From a virus, in the IMG/VR virus record IMGVR_UViG_3300029947_000012, positions 1 to 46,329 of that record: DNA of 46,329 nt. The stretch is one strand, 5' to 3'. The translations under genes were made by a program, and so were the position numbers. This document shows positions 1-7,265 of this stretch, one piece after another (the first letter of the stretch is position 1; the number at the start of each line of letters is the position of its first letter). The notes under the pieces were generated by a model that searched no databases, had not been told where the DNA came from, and worked only from the letters and a program-made list of their open reading frames with translations.

Positions 1-97
1 CGCTCTGCCGGGAGCAACTCGCCCGCAAGAAAGAGCTGTTGCTCGTCGAGCCCGACGATTTGCTTACCTGCGAAATGGCGGGGGTGTGGGCGGCTTA
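1..97. repeat. Left copy of the 97-bp terminal overlap (identical to 46233..46329)
   Basis: Direct base-by-base comparison of both ends. The repeat lies inside an ORF that reads through the junction. Confidence 0.95.
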
Positions 98-206
98 CGC
101 CAAGGGCGACATCGACAATGCGATCGACGAAGTCTTCGACGCCATCGCGGTGCTCGTGCGCCTGATTGCGCGGCTCGTGGCGGAGAAGGAGGAGGTGACG
201 AAATGA
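3..206 (+). CDS. 3' part of the wrap-around hypothetical gene that starts at 46115
   Basis: Open frame from the window edge. The TGA at 204..206 overlaps the next ATG (203). Codon bias is good. Confidence 0.6.
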   Translation, partial: LCREQLARKKELLLVEPDDLLTCEMAGVWAAYAKGDIDNAIDEVFDAIAVLVRLIARLVAEKEEVTK

Positions 207-919
207 AGAAGTACGAATTGACCGGCGAAACGAAGGAAGTCTACGGGCATATCCTACACCGCATCCGTGCCCTGCGTGACTTCGGCGACTTTCGCAAGGG
301 CACCCTCGGCGGCTGGGTAGAGCGCGAGCGCAACCTGTCGCAGACGGGCAACGCGTGGGTCTCCGACAACGCTGAGGTCTACGGCGACGCGAAGGTCTAC
401 GGCAACGCGTGGGTCTCCGACAACGCTGAGGTCTACGGCGACGCGAAGGTCTACGGCAACGCGTGGGTCTATGACAACGCGAAGGTCTCCGACAACGCTG
501 AGGTCTACGGCAACGCGCTGGTCTCCGGCAACGCTGAGGTCTTCGGCAACGCGGAGGTCTACGGCGACGCGTGGGTCGGCGACAACGCGCGAGTGTACGG
601 CGACGCGTGGGTCGGCGACAACGCGCGAGTGTACGGCGTCGCGTGGGTCTCCGGCAATGCGACGGTCTGCGGCAAAGCCGATGTCTGCGGCGACGCCCAT
701 ATTGTCACGAACGCTGACTATACCGTATACAAAAACACATGGTCTTCTGGGCGGTGGTTCACCTACACGCGTTCGAACAAAAAGTGGGCAGTCGGATGTT
801 TCCACGGGACTGGCGACGAACTAGTCAAGAAGGCGTACGCCGATAGCGAACTCAGCGGCAACTGCTACAAGGCAATCGTCGAGGCGCAAGAGTATGTTGA
901 CAGGGTTTTAAGGAGGTGA
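203..919 (+). CDS. Beta-helix (hexapeptide-like) repeat protein
   Basis: AGGAGG lies 6 nt upstream of the ATG at 203. The track ORF 86..919 has an implausible R/G-rich N-terminal extension. The protein is built of repeated NAxV(S/Y)G / DAKVYG units. Confidence 0.75.
   Translation: MKKYELTGETKEVYGHILHRIRALRDFGDFRKGTLGGWVERERNLSQTGNAWVSDNAEVYGDAKVYGNAWVSDNAEVYGDAKVYGNAWVYDNAKVSDNAEVYGNALVSGNAEVFGNAEVYGDAWVGDNARVYGDAWVGDNARVYGVAWVSGNATVCGKADVCGDAHIVTNADYTVYKNTWSSGRWFTYTRSNKKWAVGCFHGTGDELVKKAYADSELSGNCYKAIVEAQEYVDRVLRR
347..454 (+). repeat. Perfect tandem duplication of a 54-bp unit inside the beta-helix gene
   Basis: 347..400 is identical to 401..454. More diverged copies follow. Confidence 0.9.
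563..634 (+). repeat. Perfect tandem duplication of a 36-bp unit inside the beta-helix gene
   Basis: 563..598 is identical to 599..634. Confidence 0.9.
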
Positions 920-923
920 CGAA

Positions 924-1109
924 ATGAAGACGCTGGACATCGCCGACCGCATCGCCGCGGCCGTCATCGCGCGGCGCGAGGGCCGACCCGCCCTCACCCC
1001 GCGCGACCACAAGGTGTGGGCTCGCCGCACCTACGACATGGACGGCTGGGAGACGGGCGAGTGGAAAGAGCCGGAAGCCGAAAACGAAGAAACGGAGGTG
1101 TCGGAATGA
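924..1109 (+). CDS. Hypothetical small protein
   Basis: AGGAGG RBS. The same 20-nt initiation cassette occurs at 203. The stop overlaps the next start. Confidence 0.55.
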   Translation: MKTLDIADRIAAAVIARREGRPALTPRDHKVWARRTYDMDGWETGEWKEPEAENEETEVSE

Positions 1110-1351
1110 GCGAAGTGAAAACGGAAACCGAGACATACTATGCTGTCGAGTGCCGATATCTGACGGGCAACAGAGAGTGGTTTTTCTTGTCAGATAGATA
1201 CGCTGAAATCGCAAAGTATAGCAAATTTGGGGAAGCCAAGGAACGCATCCCCGCTGAAAAGGCAAGAAGCAAGGCATTTGGTTGTAAGTGCCAAATGGAG
1301 TTCCGAATTGTCAGAATGACTGAAACGACAACAAAGGAGATTGTGGGATGA
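1106..1351 (+). CDS. Hypothetical protein in a low-GC patch
   Basis: ATGA overlap with the upstream gene and a GGAGG RBS. The region is visibly more AT-rich than its surroundings. Confidence 0.55.
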   Translation: MSEVKTETETYYAVECRYLTGNREWFFLSDRYAEIAKYSKFGEAKERIPAEKARSKAFGCKCQMEFRIVRMTETTTKEIVG

Positions 1352-1608
1352 GCAAGCCGAAGAAGGCAAAGATGGGCGCGGCGCGACTGCACGCGTACGC
1401 GGAACAACTGCAAGCGCACTACGAGCAGGCCGTCCTGGACAAGCGCCGCTTCGTCTCGTGGGTCGAACTGAACGGCCGGGTCGTGCCGAAGGAGTGCCTC
1501 GCCAAGATGGAACTTAAAATAGGCATGGCGGAGGAAGCCATATCGCATTTCGGGAAGGTCGCTAGACAGCACGGAATCGAATTGACGGAGCCGGAGGTGG
1601 AAGAATGA
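1348..1608 (+). CDS. Hypothetical protein
   Basis: Start and stop overlap on both sides. Codon bias is good. Confidence 0.6.
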   Translation: MSKPKKAKMGAARLHAYAEQLQAHYEQAVLDKRRFVSWVELNGRVVPKECLAKMELKIGMAEEAISHFGKVARQHGIELTEPEVEE

Positions 1609-2549
1609 TCAAGCCTGAATCTCTGTGGTGCCTCCTGCAGGACTGTACGGACTCCAAGTGGCTCGGCGACATCTGCCGCGCCCTTGGCGGACAGGAGGTC
1701 GAACTCGACTTTGGACAGCAACAGGCACTGAAAATCATCCGGCGCGACAGCGAATTGATGGACGAGCGCATGGAAGTCCAGCGCGAGAAGGAGCGCGAGC
1801 GCAAGCGGAATCTCCGCTTGTCCCGCGATGTCCCGGGGACAACACGGGACAACACAATGTCCCGGGGACAAACGAATGTCCCACAATGTCCCGGGGACAA
1901 TACGGGACACCGCAATGTCCCAGGGACAACACGGGACACCGTGGTGTCCCGGGGACAAGCAGGTGTCCCGCAATGTCCCGGGGACAACACGGGTGTCCCG
2001 GGGACAAACGCGTGTCCCGCACCATCCATCCATCCATCCCTCCCTCCATCCCTCCCTCCTACCAACCAACCATCCAATAGTGTGTGTGCTAACGCGCACG
2101 CACACACGCGCGAGGATTTGCCTGTCGACAAGGCCGTCGAGGGGGAGGTCCGAGATCCGACAGCCCCGTCCCTCAAGGAGGTTGTCGCAATCGCCACGAC
2201 GGCAATGAACATCCCGGAGACCTACGCCCGCTGGTGGTACAACAAAATGCAGGCCGTCGGATGGCGCACGACCTCGGGACTTGCCATCAACCACGCCAAC
2301 TGGCGGCCGATGCTCGCCGCCTGGCACAACAAGGCCGGCGAGAAGGAACTCGCCGAAGCCCAAGCCCAAGCCCGGCAGGCGGCGAAGCCCGCCCCCCGCG
2401 TCTTCGCGGCAAAGGACTGGGCGCCGTGCCATGCCTGCGCCGAATTCGTCGGCGGGCAATGCCAGAGGGGTTATACCATCCCGCCCGAACTGCGCAAGCA
2501 CCCAATCCCTGTCGAGCAATGCAACTACTACGAAAGGAAAGACGTATGA
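1605..2549 (+). CDS. Replication organiser/initiator-like protein (lambda O-like arrangement, with the origin repeats inside the gene)
   Basis: The iteron array is embedded in the central linker. The C-terminal motif YARWWYNKMQAVGW...INHANWRPMLAAWHNK resembles the (F/Y)xxYYxxxGW...W motif of DnaD/replisome-organiser phage proteins. Confidence 0.5.
   Translation: MIKPESLWCLLQDCTDSKWLGDICRALGGQEVELDFGQQQALKIIRRDSELMDERMEVQREKERERKRNLRLSRDVPGTTRDNTMSRGQTNVPQCPGDNTGHRNVPGTTRDTVVSRGQAGVPQCPGDNTGVPGTNACPAPSIHPSLPPSLPPTNQPSNSVCANAHAHTREDLPVDKAVEGEVRDPTAPSLKEVVAIATTAMNIPETYARWWYNKMQAVGWRTTSGLAINHANWRPMLAAWHNKAGEKELAEAQAQARQAAKPAPRVFAAKDWAPCHACAEFVGGQCQRGYTIPPELRKHPIPVEQCNYYERKDV
1819..2018. repeat. 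Iteron array: seven copies of the near-palindrome TGTCCC(G/A)GGGACA plus interspersed half-sites
   Basis: Cores start at 1829, 1858, 1887, 1916, 1945 and 1974 (exact 29-bp spacing) and at 1994. Half-sites TGTCCC/GGGACA lie at 1819, 1846, 1877, 1904, 1933, 1964 and 2013. Confidence 0.85.
2020..2079 (+). repeat. 60-nt G-free polypyrimidine-rich tract; the opposite strand carries the G-quadruplex motif GGGAGGGATGGAGGGAGGG (2038..2056)
   Basis: No G appears on the + strand from 2020 to 2079 in a high-GC genome (GC about 63% by eye). There are four C3 tracts with short loops. Confidence 0.85.
2080..2112. repeat. Alternating purine-pyrimidine tracts (GT)n/(CG/CA)n, a Z-DNA-prone or easily unwound segment
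   Basis: 2080..2089 and 2092..2112 alternate perfectly between R and Y. Confidence 0.8.
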
Positions 2550-3013
2550 ACATATCTGCTGCAATGTCCGCCGTCATGCCCGCACCGGCACAGGAAGAAC
2601 TCAAGCGGCGGCATGACGCATTTTACGCCGGGAAGTCTGACGAAGCCCAGTATGTGCGCCGGCAAATCGCGGACGCGTGGAACGAAACGTTCTCCCTCCG
2701 CAATTTCTGGCGAGACTGCGACGGAGGCGACGAGGAGAACGGGGGCGACGGACTTCGCCTGACGCTGGCCGCCCTCGCCGAAAAGGCGCTGTGGCATTAT
2801 TGGGCCGTCGCCCGTGCGATCAAACTCGACCCCCGCAATCCGGACGCCATGGCCGAATGCTGCCGCCAGATGGACAGGCTCGCGTCCACGGCCCGCGCGG
2901 TGCGGTGGTCGTGTCCGCCGGACAACACGCTGACCGAGTACAGGTGGCTCGTCGGACTTTTTGAGGATCGCGCCCGCGTCTACCGGGAGCATAAAGGAAT
3001 TTCGTCACGGTGA
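2546..3013 (+). CDS. Hypothetical protein
   Basis: ATGA overlap with the upstream stop. The track ORF 2234..3013 has an off-frame-looking N-terminus. Confidence 0.65.
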   Translation: MNISAAMSAVMPAPAQEELKRRHDAFYAGKSDEAQYVRRQIADAWNETFSLRNFWRDCDGGDEENGGDGLRLTLAALAEKALWHYWAVARAIKLDPRNPDAMAECCRQMDRLASTARAVRWSCPPDNTLTEYRWLVGLFEDRARVYREHKGISSR

Positions 3014-3059
3014 CGGAAGCCGAAAGGCAAACATCGAAGGAAAAAAGGAAAGAAGAAAA

Positions 3060-3434
3060 ATGCAAGAAAACAGCAAATACTACGAAATGACGGGCATCGT
3101 CCACAAGATCCTGCCCGTGAAAACGTTCCCCTCTGGGTTCTACAAGCGCGAACTCGTGCTGACGAACGACCTCGGGGAGGACACGAAGTACCCCAAGTAC
3201 GTGCCCTTCACGTTCAAGAAGGCGGCGGCCGATCGGCTCGAGGGCATCCGCGAGGGGCAGCGTGTCAAGGTGGTCTTCGCGCTCGAGGGCCGCGAGTACG
3301 ACGGGCGGTTCTGGCCGGACGTGACGGGGCTTAGGGCGACCGTCCTCGGCGATACGGCCAAAGCCCCCGAACCGGCCATCCCGGACTCCGGAATTCTGGG
3401 GGCGGATGCGGCTGAATCCGATTTGCCCTTCTAA
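3060..3434 (+). CDS. Single-stranded DNA-binding protein candidate (DUF3127-like OB fold with an acidic DLPF tail)
   Basis: The pattern YEMTGIVHKILPVKTFPSGFYKRELVL...YPKYVPFTF...EGREYDGRFW matches DUF3127. The C-terminal ESDLPF resembles the SSB tail. A purine-rich RBS lies upstream. Confidence 0.55.
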   Translation: MQENSKYYEMTGIVHKILPVKTFPSGFYKRELVLTNDLGEDTKYPKYVPFTFKKAAADRLEGIREGQRVKVVFALEGREYDGRFWPDVTGLRATVLGDTAKAPEPAIPDSGILGADAAESDLPF

Positions 3435-3439
3435 TCGAT

Positions 3440-3526
3440 GCGAGAAGGGGTCTAGAATTGCTCCGCGGGGTTCGGACGTAGGATTTATCCTCCCCATGCT
3501 CCTCTCGATTTTAGACCCCTTCTCGC
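3440..3526. other. Long inverted repeat (15-bp perfect arms GCGAGAAGGGGTCTA / TAGACCCCTTCTCGC, 57-nt spacer)
   Basis: Read directly from the sequence. It lies in the 145-nt gap after the SSB-like gene. A second hairpin GTTTCCG-AAA-CGGAAAC is at 3531..3547. Confidence 0.8.
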
Positions 3527-3579
3527 GCGGGTTTCCGAAACGGAAACAACCACAACCGAAAACAAGGAGAAAAAAGGCA

Positions 3580-3699
3580 ATGCTGACCATAAAAATACGC
3601 GTGCAGAAAATACTGGACGCGACCCCGGTAGACGCGCTCGTGGCGTCGCTCACGGTCGAAGAGCGCAAGGAACTCGCCCGCAGACTGCTCGGGCTTTAG
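3580..3699 (+). CDS. Hypothetical small protein (39 aa)
   Basis: An AAGGAG RBS lies upstream of the ATG at 3580. Confidence 0.4.
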   Translation: MLTIKIRVQKILDATPVDALVASLTVEERKELARRLLGL

Positions 3700-3717
3700 C
3701 ACGGAAGGAGACAGGCA

Positions 3718-4560
3718 ATGAGCGACAACGATAACGGCAAGGTGGAGACAGACGAGTGGGGAATCCCGGCGGTCTTCAAGGACACATGGTTCGGGGAAAT
3801 CTTGCGGTTCTCTTCGAAGTGGGAAAGAGACAGCGGAGAACTACTGGACAGCATACAGAAGATACGCGGCATGGTCGAGGTGTACGAGACATACAGTGGC
3901 ATGGAACGAGAAGCCGGGACGCAGGACGCGAAACGCACATACGGATGCGCCGCGGCATTCTTGGCGGTCGCCATTGTGACGGCCGTAAAGAACGACACGA
4001 AGAGGTTTTTCGGGAAAGAGGTGGAAGTGGACATCGACAAGGTAAAGCCGTTCCTGCGTGACATGGACGGGCGCGTACGCGCCCTCCTCGCCGATGCACG
4101 CCGCGCCGGGAAAGCGATGCGGAGACTGCCCCTCACGCTCTTGAAGGTGGCAGACCTGCCCGAGAAGGACAAGAATGAACTGCAGGCCGGGTTTGAAAAA
4201 CTGGACGCCCGGCTCGTGGAACGCATACGCCAGTTGGATGCGGAAGGAGAGTCCCGCGTCCCCGCGATATGCGAATTCGCCACAGACCTTGCGGACATGT
4301 ACGAACGACGCGTCTACGAGGTTTTCAAGAACGAAGTGGCCAAGATGAGGACGCAGGCCGCCTATACGAGAGAAGCCTTGATGGACAACGGCGTGACCGT
4401 CAACGGCTTTACGCTCAAAGGAAGGAGCGCCACCGGAAGCATCGTCTATGACGCCGTGAAGAAACGGAAGAAAGTCCAAGACGCGCACGGCGATGAAGAC
4501 GCGGGAAGGGTGCGGAAGCAGACCGCGTTGCGCAAAAACGAAGGAACGGCACAATGCTGA
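3718..4560 (+). CDS. Hypothetical protein
   Basis: GGAGA RBS, 280 aa, normal composition. Confidence 0.7.
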   Translation: MSDNDNGKVETDEWGIPAVFKDTWFGEILRFSSKWERDSGELLDSIQKIRGMVEVYETYSGMEREAGTQDAKRTYGCAAAFLAVAIVTAVKNDTKRFFGKEVEVDIDKVKPFLRDMDGRVRALLADARRAGKAMRRLPLTLLKVADLPEKDKNELQAGFEKLDARLVERIRQLDAEGESRVPAICEFATDLADMYERRVYEVFKNEVAKMRTQAAYTREALMDNGVTVNGFTLKGRSATGSIVYDAVKKRKKVQDAHGDEDAGRVRKQTALRKNEGTAQC

Positions 4561-5003
4561 CCGTCAAGCAACTCAATGCGCGCATCCGGCGGAAAGTCCG
4601 GGCGCGCGCGACCAAGAAGCCCAAGGGGCCGAACCTCAACGAGACCCGCTTCAACCGCCTCCTCCTCGCGGGGGAGGGGCTTTACGAGCCCTGCCACATC
4701 ATCCTCACCCGCAAGAAGAAGCGGCGATACACCCCCGACTTCCTCTACCGGGGCGCCTACATCGAGGTCAAGGGGGACTACCGACTCCAATCGGAAGATC
4801 GCGCCCGTTTGGCGTTCGAATTCGCCGCAGAAGCCAACACGGAAACCCCCTTCGTTTGGGCGCGTTGGGCCGGGATCGGCAAGGGATATTTGTGCGAAAT
4901 GTGGTACAAAGACGAAATTTTGGAACGATATTGCCGCACGAACGAAGAGTTTGTCGCGTTCCTCGCCGGAAACGCCGAACGCAAAGATAAACGGAAAATC
5001 TGA
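4554..5003 (+). CDS. PD-(D/E)XK-type nuclease candidate (DUF1064/resolvase-like)
   Basis: The motif YTPDF...AYIEVKG fits the D...E-x-K catalytic core. The N-terminus is basic. Confidence 0.45.
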   Translation: MLTVKQLNARIRRKVRARATKKPKGPNLNETRFNRLLLAGEGLYEPCHIILTRKKKRRYTPDFLYRGAYIEVKGDYRLQSEDRARLAFEFAAEANTETPFVWARWAGIGKGYLCEMWYKDEILERYCRTNEEFVAFLAGNAERKDKRKI

Positions 5004-5032
5004 TTATCTTCACAAGTCAAGGAGAATTGACC

Positions 5033-5254
5033 ATGGGAAAGAGAGACTTTGTTTTCGTCATGCCTACCCGCTCCGTCGTCTGCATTTTTTGCGGACGGAC
5101 GTTCGAGACGAGATTCCCCAATCAGAAGTGCTGCGGGGACGAGGCATGCAAGAAGGCTCAGGCGGCGGAGGCGTACGCCTGCGCAAAAAGGCGAAAGGAA
5201 CTCTACAGGAAGGCGAAGGAAAGGAGGGAACGCCATGACGAAGGAACAGTATGA
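5033..5254 (+). CDS. Small zinc-ribbon protein directly upstream of the large terminase
   Basis: AAGGAG lies 8 nt upstream of the ATG at 5033. Cysteine pairs CxxC ... CCxxxxC are present. The gene overlaps the terL start. Confidence 0.55.
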   Translation: MGKRDFVFVMPTRSVVCIFCGRTFETRFPNQKCCGDEACKKAQAAEAYACAKRRKELYRKAKERRERHDEGTV

Positions 5255-6788
5255 CACCCTTCACGCCGCCCCGCTGGACGGCCTCGCGCAGATCTACGCG
5301 GGCGTCTGGCGCGACAACTCCCCCGCGCTCGTGCGGGAGTTCATCCTGAACGACCGCTTCTTTCTCCTCACGCAGGTGTTGGACGTCGCCCCGGCGTGGC
5401 ATCCGTGGGTGCTCGCCCGGTGCCGCGAGGTCGAAGCCGACCCCGACGAGCACCTCGACCTCTGGAGCCGCGGCCACTTCAAATCCACCATCATAACCTA
5501 CGCCGGGGTGGCGCAGTATATCCTCGCCAACCCCGAGAAGACGGTCTGCATCATGTCCTACAAGGCCGGCGCGGCCGAAGCTTTCGCCTCGCAGATCAAG
5601 ACCGCCTTCGAGAAAAACGACATCCTCGCCAAGTGCTTTCCGGACGTCCTCTGGACCGACCGCCCCGACCGGCGCGGCGACCAGTGGACCGTCTCGGACT
5701 TCACCGTCCGGCGAAAGACGAACCGCAAGGAGGCCTCGGTCTCCACCTCGGGACTTGTCACGGGCATGCGCACGGGCGGCCACTACGACCTCCTCGTCTA
5801 CGACGACACCGTCACCCCCGAGTCCGTCACAACCCCCGAGCAGATACGCAAGACCACCGACGCCTGGTCGATGTCCCTCAACCTCGGCACCCTCGACGGC
5901 ACGCGACACTGGTATATCGGCACGCGCTACGCCCTCTACGACACCTACTACGAGATGCTCAAGACGGGCACCATCACGGAAAGGCGGCACGTCTGCATCG
6001 ACAAGGACGGCAAGCCCGTCCTCCTCCCGCAAGCCGAATTCGACAAGAAGAAAGCCGAAATGACCTCCAAGGACTGGGCCTCGCAGATGATGCAGACCCC
6101 GGTCGGAGACGGAGAACTCCTCATGAAAGAAGAATGGATACACGCCTACCGGCGACTGCCGGAAATCCCGATAAACTACTACATCCTCGCCGACACCGCG
6201 CAGAAGCAGACGAACGCCTCCGACTACACCGTCATGTGGGTCGTGGGGCTCGGGGCGGACCGGCGATACTACTGGGCCGACCTCGTCCGCGACAAACTCA
6301 CCCAGTCCCAGCGGTGCGCCAAACTCTTCGAACTCGTGGAGAAGTGGCGTCCCGTGACGGTGTTCTACGAGGAAAACGCCGCCCCGGACGACCCCGCCTA
6401 CATCCGCGACGAGATGGCGCGGCGCGGGCATTTCGACCTGAAGCCCTTCCGCCAGAAGTCCAACTCCGGCCCGAAGGCCCAGCGCATCGAGACGCTCGAG
6501 CCCCTCTACCGCGCCGGGCTCATGTGGCTCCCCGAAGCCCTCCGCTACCGCCAGTACGACGGCTCGTGGCGCGACCTCGTGCAGGACTTCCTACGCGATG
6601 AATTCCTTTCCTATCCGCAGGTCGTGCACGACGACATGCTCGACGCGCAAGCCTCCATGGGCAACGCGGACGTGAAGCCGTTCATGGAATTCCCGACCTT
6701 CAAGACCGCCCCGCGCTTCGCCGCCCCCGAACAGGCGCGGCTGGACGCGCTCGCCGCGCGGACGGACGACGGCCTCTTTGCGAGGTGA
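5235..6788 (+). CDS. terL: Terminase large subunit
   Basis: Motifs seen: Walker A-like WSRGHFKST, Walker B LLVYDD, and nuclease acidic motifs ILADTA and HDDMLDA. AAGGAGG RBS. The track ORF start at 5049 is an off-frame-looking extension. Confidence 0.85.
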   Translation: MTKEQYDTLHAAPLDGLAQIYAGVWRDNSPALVREFILNDRFFLLTQVLDVAPAWHPWVLARCREVEADPDEHLDLWSRGHFKSTIITYAGVAQYILANPEKTVCIMSYKAGAAEAFASQIKTAFEKNDILAKCFPDVLWTDRPDRRGDQWTVSDFTVRRKTNRKEASVSTSGLVTGMRTGGHYDLLVYDDTVTPESVTTPEQIRKTTDAWSMSLNLGTLDGTRHWYIGTRYALYDTYYEMLKTGTITERRHVCIDKDGKPVLLPQAEFDKKKAEMTSKDWASQMMQTPVGDGELLMKEEWIHAYRRLPEIPINYYILADTAQKQTNASDYTVMWVVGLGADRRYYWADLVRDKLTQSQRCAKLFELVEKWRPVTVFYEENAAPDDPAYIRDEMARRGHFDLKPFRQKSNSGPKAQRIETLEPLYRAGLMWLPEALRYRQYDGSWRDLVQDFLRDEFLSYPQVVHDDMLDAQASMGNADVKPFMEFPTFKTAPRFAAPEQARLDALAARTDDGLFAR

Positions 6789-6844
6789 CGGAAGCAAAAT
6801 GCAATCCTAGCGTCATAATAACATTCCGGAAAAAACGCCCCAGG

Positions 6845-6873
6845 GCGACCCGATTGCGGTCGCTCTTTTTTTT
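6845..6873 (+). terminator. Rho-independent terminator after terL
   Basis: GCGACC-CGATTGC-GGTCGC followed by TCTTTTTTTT. Confidence 0.75.
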
Positions 6874-6886
6874 GGAAAATACCCTC

Positions 6887-6915
6887 TTGACAAAACGGCG
6901 GATTTTTACTTAATT
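6887..6915 (+). promoter_or_regulatory. Sigma70-like promoter candidate for the structural operon (TTGACA-17-TTAATT)
   Basis: It shares 21 of 29 positions, including the spacer motif GGCG..GATTTT, with the candidate at 20012..20040. Confidence 0.5.
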
Positions 6916-6927
6916 GGTATCCGTCTA

Positions 6928-6946
6928 GGCGGAGACCGTCTCCGCC
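6928..6946. promoter_or_regulatory. Perfect 19-bp palindrome GGCGGAGAC-C-GTCTCCGCC just downstream of the promoter candidate
   Basis: Read directly. It starts 13 nt after the -10 element. Confidence 0.6.
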
Positions 6947-7028
6947 CGGGGACAGTGAAGACAAGTGAATCGCGGGAAAGGCAATGCGCGGGGAAGCGCT
7001 AACCTCCCGCATACAGGAGAGGTGCACC

Positions 7029-7262
7029 ATGGGTGGATTGGGCAGCAAGAAGGCGAAGGCGACGCCGGTCATTCAAGCGGCCGAAGTCATAACGCCTGCC
7101 GTAGCCAAAACGGCGAACGCGACAGAGGATACGGAACTCGCGCAGGACGAGGCGACGCGCAAGCGCCGCCGCGGCATCCGCTCGACCTACAACAACTCGC
7201 TCCTCAACTCCTCCTCCACCGGCTCCGCGCAAGGCGAACAAGGCTCCAAGACGCTGGGGTAA
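7029..7262 (+). CDS. Small hypothetical protein upstream of portal (MGGLGSKKAK...)
   Basis: An AGGAGAGG RBS lies 7 nt upstream of the ATG at 7029. An alternative start exists at 6984. Confidence 0.5.
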   Translation: MGGLGSKKAKATPVIQAAEVITPAVAKTANATEDTELAQDEATRKRRRGIRSTYNNSLLNSSSTGSAQGEQGSKTLG

Positions 7263-7265
7263 TCC

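Noticed and set aside
86-202. N-terminal extensions of track ORFs (86..919; also 5049.., 2234.., 21295.., 23088.., 17585.., 17878.., 8795.., 43641..)
   Set aside because: The extensions are R/G/P-rich off-frame-looking sequence that overlaps the upstream genes. Internal ATGs with good RBSs and stop/start overlaps give compact, consistent gene models.
1828-2007. Regularly spaced 29-bp repeats that could be mistaken for a CRISPR array
   Set aside because: The repeat core is only about 13-15 bp and palindromic. The spacers contain half-sites of the same motif. The array lies inside an ORF and there are no cas genes. An iteron/origin interpretation fits better.
3440-3526. 87-nt inverted-repeat element considered as a tRNA or tRNA-like gene
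   Set aside because: The 15-bp continuous stem leaves no room for D, anticodon and T arms, and there is no T-loop consensus.
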